This document shows, in pieces, positions 1 through 11,100 of a stretch of DNA of 64,000 nucleotides (positions within the stretch are counted from its first letter, which is position 1; each line of letters begins with the position of its first letter). Made by a program: the position numbers and the translations under genes. A model generated the notes under the pieces. It was not told where the DNA came from, made no database searches, and saw only the letters and a program-made list of their open reading frames with translations. This DNA is from Azolla caroliniana (lineage: Eukaryota > Plantae > Polypodiophyta). The DNA is taken from positions 310,001 to 374,000 of the forward strand of contig JBHGNT010000023.1 in assembly GCA_043228905.1 (NCBI GenBank). Reading direction: 5' to 3'.

Positions 1-2959
1 TGGAATTAAAAAATCAAGATTTTGAAACTTGGGTCGAGAGACATGAAGAAATTAGTAAATTAGGGGAGGGAGTTGAGAAGAGCGCGTGAGTAAATTAAAA
101 TGTTCATAGCTGGCTCGTGTGATATCGGATTTTAGTGTTCAAAGATGCGAATCGAAACTTACAACACGAGCTATGATATGGAATGAAAAAATCAAGATTT
201 TGAAACTCACGTCGAGAGACATGAAGAAATTAGTAAATTAGAGGAGGGGGTTGAGAAGAGCACGTGAGTAAATTAAAATGTTCATACCTGGCTCGTGTGA
301 TCCCGGATTTTTATGTTCAAAGATGCGAATCGAAGCTAAGAACACTACGTATTATATGGAATGAAAAAACCAAGATTTTGAAACTTGGGTCGAGAGACAT
401 GAAGAAATTAGTAAATTAGAGGAGGGAGCTAGGAAGAGCGCGTGAGTAAATTAAAATGTTCATAACTGGCTCGTGTGATATCGGATTTTTGTGTTCAAAC
501 ATGCAAATCGAAGCTAACAATACTAGCTACGATATGGAATTAAAAAATCAAGATTTTGAGACTTGGGTCGAGAGACATGAAGAAATTAGTAAATTAGAGG
601 AGGGAGCTAAGAAGAGCGCGTGAGTAAATTAAAATGTTCATACCTGGCTCGTGTAATCCCGGGATTTTGTGTTCAAAGATGCGAATCGAAGCTAACAACA
701 CTAGCTATGATATGGAATTAAAAAATCAAGATTTTGAAACTCAGGTCGAGAGACATGAAGAAATTAGTAAATTAGAGGAGGGAGCTAAGAAGAGCGCGTG
801 AGTAAATTAAAATGTTCATACCTGGCTCGTGTGATCCCGGATTTTTGTGTTCAAAGATGCCCATCGAAGCTAACAACACTAGCTAGGATATGGAATTAAA
901 AAATCAAGATTTTGAAACTTGGGTCGAGAGACATTAAGAAATTAGTAAATTAGAGGAGGGAGCTAGGAAGAGCGCGTGAGTAAATTAAAATGTTCATAGC
1001 TGGCTCGTGTGATATCAGATTTTAGTGTTCAAACAGGCAAATCGAAGCTAACAATACTAGCTACGATATGGAATTAAAAAATCAAGATTTTGAAACTCAG
1101 GTCGAGAGACATGAAGAAATTAGTAAATTAGAGGAGGGTGTTGACAAGAGCGCGTGAGTAAATTAAAACGTTCATACCTGGCTAACAATACTAGCTATGA
1201 TATGGAATTAAAAAATCAAGATTTTGAAACTCAGGTCAAGAGACATGAACAAATTAGTAAATTAGAGGAGGGAGTTGACAAGAGCGCGTGAGTAAATTAA
1301 AATGTTCATACCTGGCTCGTGTGATCCCGGATTTTTGTGTTCAAAGATGCGAATCGAAGCTAACAACAGTAGCTATGATATGGAATTAAAAAATCAAGAT
1401 TTTGAAACTTGGGTCAGGAGACATGAAGAAATTAGTAAATTAGAGGAGGGAGCTAAGAAGAGCGCGTGAGTAAATTAAAATGTTCATAGCTGGCTCGTGT
1501 GATATCGGATTTTAGTGTTCAAACACTAGCTATGATATGAAATGAAAATATAAAGATTTTGAAACTCAGGTCGAGAGACATGAAGAAATTAGTAAATTAG
1601 AGGAGGGTGTTGACAAGAGCGCGTGAGTAAATTAAAATGTTCATAGCTGGCTCGTGTGATATCGGATTTTTGTGTTCAAACATGCGAATCGAAGCTAACA
1701 ACACTAGCTATGATATGGAATTAAAAAATCACGATTTTGAAACTCAGGTCGAGAGACATGAAGAAATTAGTAAATTAGGGGAGGGAGTTGAGAAGAGCGC
1801 GAGAGTAAATTAAAATGTTCATACCTGGCTCGTGTGATGCCGGATTTTTGTGTTCAAAGATGCGAATCGAAGCTAACAACACTAGCTGTGATATGAAATT
1901 AAAAAATCAAGATTTTGAAACTTGGGTCGAGAGACATGAAGAAATTAGTAAATTACATGAGGGAGTTGAGAAGAGCGCGTGAGTAAATTAAAATGTTCAT
2001 AGCTGGCTCGTGTGATATCGGATTTTAGTGTTCAAAGATGCGAATCGAAACTAACAACACGAGCTATGATATGGAATGAAAAAATCAAGATTTTGAAACT
2101 CACGTCGAGAGACATGAAGAAATTAGTAAATTAGAGGAGGGGGTTGAGAAGAGCACGTGAGTAAATTAAAATGTTCATAGCTGGCTCGTGTGATCCCGGA
2201 TTTTTATGTTCAAAGATGCGAATCGAAGCTAAGAACACTACGTATTATATGGAATGAAAAAACCAAGATTTTGAAACTCAGGTCGAGAGACATGAAGAAA
2301 TTAGTAAATTAGGGGAGGGAGTTGATAAGAGCGCGTGAGTAAATTAAAATGGTCATACTTGGCTCGTGTGATCCCGGGATTTTGTGTTCAAAGATGCGAA
2401 TCGAAGCTAACAACACTAGCTATGATATGGAATTAAAAAATCAAGATTTTCAAACTCAGGTCGAGAGACATGAAGAAGTTAGTAAATTAGGGGAGGGTGT
2501 TGACAAGAGCGCGTGAGTAAATTAAAATGATCATACCTGGCTCGTGTGATCCCGGATTTTTGTGTTCAAAGATGCCAATTGAAGCTAACAACACTAGTTA
2601 TGATATGGAATTAAAAAATCAAGATTTTGAAACTCAGGTCGAGAGACATGAAGAAATTAGTAAATTAGGGGAGGGAGTTGACAAGAGCGCGAGAGTAAAT
2701 TAAAATGTTCATACCTGGCTCGTGTGATCCCGGAAATTTGTGTTCAAAGATGCGAATCGAAGCTAACAACACTAGCTATGATATGGAATTAAAAAATCAA
2801 GATTTTGAAACTCAGGTCGAGAGACATGAAGAAGTTAGTAAATTAGGGGAGGGAGTTGACAAGAGCGCGTGAGTAAATTAAAATGTTCATAGCTGGCTCG
2901 TGTGAAATCGGATTTTAGTGTTCAGACATGCGAATCGAAGCTAACAACACTAGCTGTGA

Positions 2960-5100
2960 TATGGAATTAAAAAATCAAGATTTTGAAACTCAGGTCGAGA
3001 GACATGAAGAAGTTAGTAAATTAGGGGAGGGAGTTGAGAAGAGCGCGAGAGTAAATTAAAATGTTCATAGCTGGCTCGTGTGATATCGGATTTTAGTGTT
3101 CAGACATGCGAATCGAAGCTAACAACACTAGCTGAGATATGGAATTAAAAAATAAAGATTTTGAAACTCAGGTCGAGAGACATGAAGAAGTTAGTAAATT
3201 AGGGGAGGGAGTTGAGAAGAGCGCGAGAGTAAATTAAAATGTTCATACCTGGCTCGTGTGATCCCGGATTTTTGTCTTCAAAGATACGAATCGAAGCTAA
3301 CAACACTAGCTATGATATGGAATGAAAAAATCAAGATTTTGAAACTCAGGTCGAGAGACATGAAGAAATTAGTAAATTAGGGGAGGGAGTTGATAAGAGC
3401 GCGTGAGTAAATTAAAATGTTCATACTTGGCTCGTGTGATCCCGGGATTTTGTGTTCAAAGATGCGAATCGAAGCTAACAACACTAGCTATGATATGGAA
3501 TTAAAAAATCAAGATTTTGAAACTTGGGTCGAGAGACATGAAGAAATTAGGAAATTAGAGGAGGGAGCTAAGAAGAGCGCGTGAGTAAATTAAAATGTTC
3601 ATACCTAGCTCGTGTGATCCCGGGATTTTGTGTTCAAAGATGTGAATCAAAGCTAACAACACTAGCTATGATATGGAATTAAAAAATCAAGATTTTGAAA
3701 CTTAGGTCGAGAGACATGAAGAAATTACTAAATTAGAGGAGGGAGCTAAGAAGAGCACGTGAGTAAATTAAAATGTTCATACCTGGCTCGTGTAATCCCG
3801 GGATTTTGTGTTCAAAGATGCGAATCGAAGCTAACAACACTAGCTATGATATGGAATTAAAAAATCAAGATTTTGAAGCTCAGGTCGAGAGACATGAAGA
3901 AATTAGTAAATTAGAGGAGGGAGCTAAGAAGAGCGCGTGAGTAAATTAAAATGTTCATACCTGGCTCGTGTGATCCCGGATTTTTGTGTTCAAAGATGCC
4001 CATCGAAGCTAACAACACTAGCTAGGATATGGAATTAAAAAATCAAGATTTTAAAACTTGGGTCGAGAGACATGAAGAAATTAGTAAATTAGGGGAGGGA
4101 GTTGACAAGAGCGCGTGAGTAAATTAAAATGTTCATAGCTGGCTCGTGTGATATCGGATTTTAGTGTTCAGACATGCGAATCGAAGCTAACAACACTAGC
4201 TGTGATATGGAATTAAAAAATCAAGATTTTGAAACTCAGGTCGAGAGACATGAAGAAGTTAGTAAATTAGGGGAGGGAGTTGAGAAGAGCGCGAGAGTAA
4301 ATTAAAATGTTCATACCTGGCTCGTGTGATCCCGGATTTTTGTCTTCAAAGATACGAATCGAAGCTAACAACACTAGCTATGATATGGAATGAAAAAATC
4401 AAGATTTTGAAACTCAGGTCGAGAGACATGAAGAAATTAGTAAATTAGGGGAGGGAGTTGATAAGAGCGCGTGAGTAAATTAAAATGTTCATACTTGGCT
4501 CGTGTGATCCCGGGATTTTGTGTTCAAAGATGCGAATCGAAGCTAACAACACTAGCTATGATATGGAATTCAAAAATCAAGATTTTGAAACTTGGGTCGA
4601 GAGACATGAAGAAATTAGGAAATTAGAGGAGGGAGCTAAGAAGAGCGCGTGAGTAAATTAAAATGTTCATACCTGGCTCGTGTGATCCCGGGATTTTGTG
4701 TTCAAAGATGTGAATCAAAGCTAACAACACTAGCTATGATATGGAATTAAAAAATCAAGATTTTGAAACTTAGGTCGAGAGACATGAAGAAATTACTAAA
4801 TTAAAGGAGGGAGCTAAGAAGAGCACGTGAGTAAATTAAAATGTTCATACCTGGCTCGTGTAATCCCGGGATTTTGTGTTCAAAGATGCGAATCGAAGCT
4901 AACAACACTAGCTATGATATGGAATTAAAAAATCAAGATTTTCAAACTCAGGTCGAGAGACATGAAGAAATTAGTAAATTAGAGGAGGGAGCTAAGAAGA
5001 GCGCGTGAGTAAATTAAAATGTTCATACCTGGCTCGTGTGATCCCGGATTTTTGTGTTCAAAGATGCCCATCGAAGCTAACAACACTAGCTAGGATATGG
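2960..5100. repeat. 6-monomer (1068 bp) higher-order duplication, 2 copies
   Basis: Diagnostic variants recur at +1068: TGTCTTCAAAGATACG at 3273 and 4341; AATTACTAAA at 3723 and 4791. The first monomer of each copy differs somewhat; boundaries approximate. Confidence 0.8.
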
Positions 5101-8100
5101 AATGAAAAAACCAAGATTTTGAAACTCAGGTCGAGAGACATGAAGAAATTAGTAAATTAGGGGAGGGAGTTGATAAGAGCGCGTGAGTAAATTAAAATGG
5201 TCATACTTGGCTCGTGTGATCCCGGGATTTTGTGTTCAAAGATGCGAATCGAAGCTAACAACACTAGCTATGATATGGAATTAAAAAATCAAGATTTTCA
5301 AACTCAGGTCGAGAGACATGAAGAAGTTAGTAAATTAGGGGAGGGTGTTGACAAGAGCGCGTGAGTAAATTAAAATGTTCATACCTGGCTCGTGTGATCC
5401 CGGATTTTTGTGTTCAAAGATGCCAATCGAAGCTAACAACACTAGTTATGATATGGAATTAAAAAATCAAGATTTTGAAACTCAGGTCGAGAGACATGAA
5501 GAAATTAGTAAATTAGAGGAGGGAGTTGACAAGAGCGCGAGAGTAAATTAAAATGTTCATACCTGGCTCGTGTAATCCCGGAAATTTGTGTTCAAAGATG
5601 CGAATCGAAGCTAACAACACTAGCTATGATATGGAATTAAAAAATCAAGATTTTGAAACTCAGGTCGAGAGACATGAAGAAGTTAGTAAATTAGGGGAGG
5701 GTGTTAACAAGAGCGCGTGAGTAAATTAAAATGTTCATACCTGGCTCGTGTGATCCCGGATTTTTGTGTTCAAAGATGCCAATCGAAGCTAACAACACTA
5801 GTTATGATATGGAATGGAAAAATCAAGATTTTGAAACTCAGGTCGAGAGACATGAAGAAATTAGTAAATTAGGGGAGGGAGTTGACAAGAGCGCGAGAGT
5901 AAATTAAAATGTTCATACCTGGCTCGTGTGATCCCGGAAATTTGTGTTCAAAGATGCGAATCGAAGCTAACAACACTAGCTATGATATGGAATTAAAAAA
6001 TCAAGATTTTGAAACTCAGGTCGAGAGACATGAAGAAGTTAGTAAATTAGGGGAGGGAGTTGACAAGAGCGCGAGAGTAAATTAAAATCTTCATACCTGG
6101 CTCGTGTGATCCCGGAAATTTGTGTTCAAAGATGCCAATCGAAGCTAACAACATTAGCTAGGATATGGAATTAAAAAATCAATATTTTGAAACTCAGGTC
6201 GAGAGACATGAAGAAATTAGTAAACTAGGGGAGGGAGTTGACAAGAGCGCGTGAGTAAATTAAAATGTTCATAGCTGGCTCGTGTGATATCGGATTTTAG
6301 TGTTCAGACATGCGAATCGAAGCTAACAACACTAGCTATGATATGGATTTAAAAAATCAAGATTTTCAAACTCAGGTCGAGAGACATGAAGAAATTAGTA
6401 AATTAGAGGAGGGAGCTAAGAAGAGCGCGAGAGTAAATTAAAATGTTCATACCTGGCTCGTGTGATCCCGGATTTTTGTGTTCAAAGATGCCCATCGAAG
6501 CTAACAACACTAGCTAGGATATGGAATGAAAAAACCAAGATTTTGAAACTCAGGTCGAGAGACATGAAGAAATTAGTAAATTAGGGGAGGGAGTTGATAA
6601 GAGCGCGTGAGTAAATTAAAATGGTCATACTTGGCTCGTGTGATCCCGGGATTTTGTGTTCAAAGATGCGAATCGAAGCTAACAACACTAGCTATGATAT
6701 GGAATTAAAAAATCAAGATTTTCAAACTCAGGTCGAGAGACATGAAGAAGTTAGTAAATTAGGGGAGGGTGTTGACAAGAGCGCGTGAGTAAATTAAAAT
6801 GTTCATACCTGGCTCGTGTGATCCCGGATTTTTGTGTTCAAAGATGCCAATCGAAGCTAACAACACTAGTTATGATATGGAATTAAAAAATCAAGATTTT
6901 GAAACTCAGGTCGAGAGACATGAAGAAATTAGTAAATTAGGGGAGGGAGTTGACAAGAGCGCGAGAGTAAATTAAAATGTTCATACCTGGCTCGTGTGAT
7001 CCCGGAAATTTGTGTTCAAAGATGCGAATCGAAGCTAACAACACTAGCTATGATATGGAATTAAAAAATCAAGATTTTGAAACTCAGGTCGAGAGACATG
7101 AAGAAGTTAGTAAATTAGGGGAGGGAGTTGACAAGAGCGCGAGAGTAAATTAAAATGTTCATACCTGGCTCGTGTGATCCCGGAAATTTGTGTTCAAAGA
7201 TGCCAATCGAAGCTAACAACACTAGCTAGGATATGGAATTAAAAAATCAATATTTTGAAACTCAGGTCGAGAGACATGAAGAAATTAGTAAACTAGGGGA
7301 GGGAGTTGACAAGAGCGCGTCAGTAAATTAAAATGTTCATAGCTGGCTCGTGTGATATCGGATTTTAGTGTTCAGACATGCGAATCGAAGCTAACAACAC
7401 TAGCTATGATATGGAATTAAAAAATCAAGATTTTGAAACTTAGGTCGAGAGACATGAAGAAATTACTAAATTAAAGGAGGGAGCTAAGAAGAGCACGTGA
7501 GTAAATTAAAATGTTCATACCTGGCTCGTGTAATCCCGGGATTTTGTGTTCAAAGATGCGAATCGAAGCTAACAACACTAGCTATGATATGGAATTAAAA
7601 AATCAAGATTTTGAAGCTCAGGTCGAGAGACATGAAGAAATTAGTAAATTAGAGGAGGGAGCTAAGAAGAGCGCGTGAGTAAATTAAAATGTTCATACCT
7701 GGCTCGTGTGATCCCGGATTTTTGTGTTCAAAGATGCCCATCGAAGCTAACAACACTAGCTAGGATATGGAATTAAAAAATCAAGATTTTGAAACTTGGG
7801 TCGAGAGACATGAAGAAATTAGTAAATTAGGGGAGGGAGTTGACAAGAGCGCGTGAGTAAATTAAAATGTTCATAGCTGGCTCGTGTGATATCGGATTTT
7901 AGTGTTCAGACATGCGAATCGAAGCTAACAACACTAGCTGTGATATGGAATTAAAAAATCAAGATTTTGAAACTCAGGTCGAGAGACATGAAGAAGTTAG
8001 TAAATTAGGGGAGGGAGTTGAGAAGAGCGCGAGAGTAAATTAAAATGTTCATACCTGGCTCGTGTGATCCCGGATTTTTGTCTTCAAAGATACGAATCGA

Positions 8101-11100
8101 AGCTAACAACACTAGCTATGATATGGAATGAAAAAATCAAGATTTTGAAACTCAGGTCGAGAGACATGAAGAAATTAGTAAATTAGGGGAGGGAGTTGAT
8201 AAGAGCGCGTGAGTAAATTAAAATGTTCATACTTGGCTCGTGTGATCCCGGGATTTTGTGTTCAAAGATGCGAATCGAAGCTAACAACACTAGCTATGAT
8301 ATGGAATTAAAAAATCAAGATTTTCAAACTCAGGTCGAGAGACATGAAGAAGTTAGTAAATTAGGGGAGGGTGTTGACAAGAGCGCGTGAGTAAATTAAA
8401 ATGTTCATACCTGGCTCGTGTGATCCCGGATTTTTGTGTTCAAAGATGCCAATCGAAGCTAACAACACTAGTTATGATCTGGAATTAAAAAATCAAGATT
8501 TTGAAACTCAGGTCGAGAGACATGAAGAAATTAGTAAATTAGGGGAGGGAGTTGACAAGAGCGCGAGAGTAAATTAAAATGTTCATACCTGGCTCGTGTG
8601 ATCCCGGAAATTTGTGTTCAAAGATGCGAATCGAAGCTAACAACACTAGCTATGATATGGAATTAAAAAATCAAGATTTTGAAACTCAGGTCGAGAGACA
8701 TGAAGAAGTTAGTAAATTAGGGGAGGGAGTTGACAAGAGCGCGAGAGTAAATTAAAATGTTCATACCTGGCTCGTGTGATCCCGGAAATTTGTGTTCAAA
8801 GATGCCAATCGAAGCTAACAACATTAGCTAGGATATGGAATTAAAAAATCAATATTTTGAAACTCAGGTCGAGAGACATGAAGAAATTAGTAAACTAGGG
8901 GAGGGAGTTGACAAGAGCGCGTGAGTAAATTAAAATGTTCATAGCTGGCTCGTGTGATATCGGATTTTAGTGTTCAGACATGCGAATCGAAGCTAACAAC
9001 ACTAGCTATGATATGGATTTAAAAAATCAAGATTTTCAAACTCAGGTCGAGAGACATGAAGAAATTAGTAAATTAGAGGAGGGAGCTAAGAAGAGCGCGA
9101 GAGTAAATTAAAATGTTCATACCTGGCTCGTGTGATCCCGGATTTTTGTGTTCAAAGATGCCCATCGAAGCTAACAACACTAGCTATGATATGGAATGAA
9201 AAAATCAAGATTTTGAAACTCAGGTCGAGAGACATGAAGAAATTAGTAAATTAGGGGAGGGAGTTGATAAGAGCGCGTGAGTAAATTAAAATGTTCATAC
9301 TTGGCTCGTGTGATCCCGGGATTTTGTGTTCAAAGATGCCAATCGAAGCTAACAACACTAGCTATGATATGGAATTAAAAAATCAAGATTTTGAAACTTG
9401 GGTCGAGAGACATGAAGAAATTAGGAAATTAGAGGAGGGAGCTAAGAAGAGCGCGTGAGTAAATTAAAATGTTCATACCTGGCTCGTGTGATCCCGGATT
9501 TTTGTGTTCAAAGATGTGAATCAAAGCTAACAACACTAGCTATGATATGGAATTAAAAAATCAAGATTTTGAAACTTAGGTCGAGAGACATGAAGAAATT
9601 ACTAAATTAAAGGAGGGAGCTAAGAAGAGCACGTGAGTAAATTAAAATGTTCATACCTGGCTCGTGTAATCCCGGGATTTTGTGTTCAAAGATGCGAATC
9701 GAAGCTAACAACACTAGCTATGATATGGAATTAAAAAATCAAGATTTTGAAACTCAGGTCGAGAGACATGAAGAAATTAGTAAATTAGAGGAGGGAGCTA
9801 AGAAGAGCGCGTGAGTAAATTAAAATGTTCATACCTGGCTCGTGTGATCCCGGATTTTTGTGTTCAAAGATGCCCATCGAAGCTAACAACACTAGCTAGG
9901 ATATGGAATGAAAAAACCAAGATTTTGAAACTTAGGTCGAGAGACATGAAGAAATTAGTAAATTAGGGAAGGGAGTTGATAAGAGCGCGTGAGTAAATTA
10001 AAATGGTCATACTTGGCTCGTGTGATCCCGGGATTTTGTGTTCAAAGATGCCCATCGAAGCTAACAACACTAGCTATGATATGGAATTAAAAAATCAAGA
10101 TTTTCAAACTCAGGTCGAGAGACATGAAGAAGTTAGTAAATTAGGGGAGGGTGTTGACAAGAGCGCGTGAGTAAATTAAAATGTTCATACCTGGCTCGTG
10201 TGATCCCGGATTTTTGTGTTCAAAGATGCCAATCGAAGCTAACAACACTAGTTATGATCTGGAATTAAAAAATCAAGATTTTGAAACTCAGGTCGAGAGA
10301 CATGAAGAAATTAGTAAATTAGGGGAGGGAGTTGACAAGAGCGCGAGAGTAAATTAAAATGTTCATACCTGGCTCGTGTGATCCCGGAAATTTGTGTTCA
10401 AAGATGCGAATCGAAGCTAACAACACTAGCTATGATATGGAATTAAAAAATCAAGATTTTGAAACTCAGGTCGAGAGACATGAAGAAGTTAGTAAATTAG
10501 GGGAGGGAGTTGACAAGAGCGCGAGAGTAAATTAAAATGTTCATACCTGGCTCGTGTGATCCCGGAAATTTGTGTTCAAAGATGCCAATCGAAGCTAACA
10601 ACATTAGCTAGGATATGGAATTAAAAAATCAATATTTTGAAACTCAGGTCGAGAGACATGAAGAAATTAGTAAACTAGGGGAGGGAGTTGACAAGAGCGC
10701 GTGAGTAAATTAAAATGTTCATAGCTGGCTCGTGTGATATCGGATTTTAGTGTTCAGACATGCGAATCGAAGCTAACAACACTAGCTATGATATGGATTT
10801 AAAAAATCAAGATTTTCAAACTCAGGTCGAGAGACATGAAGAAATTAGTAAATTAGAGGAGGGAGCTAAGAAGAGCGCGAGAGTAAATTAAAATGTTCAT
10901 ACCTGGCTCGTGTGATCCCGGATTTTTGTGTTCAAAGATGCCCATCGAAGCTAACAACACTAGCTAGGATATGGAATGAAAAAACCAAGATTTTGAAACT
11001 CAGGTCGAGAGACATGAAGAAATTAGTAAATTAGGGGAGGGAGTTGATAAGAGCGCGTGAGTAAATTAAAATGGTCATACTTGGCTCGTGTGATCCCGGG

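Noticed and set aside
63-72. G-rich patch GGGGAGGG as a G-quadruplex or Shine-Dalgarno site
   Set aside because: Only two G-runs per monomer and the next pair is 178 bp away; no downstream ORF of meaningful length.
1-178. Assignment to Arabidopsis CEN178/180, alpha satellite or a CENP-B box
   Set aside because: Only the length is similar; I see no recognisable sequence match and no canonical TTCG....A..CGGG box.
1-178. Tandem 5S rRNA, tRNA or snRNA gene array
   Set aside because: No recognisable structural RNA sequence or Pol III box A/B/C arrangement on either strand.
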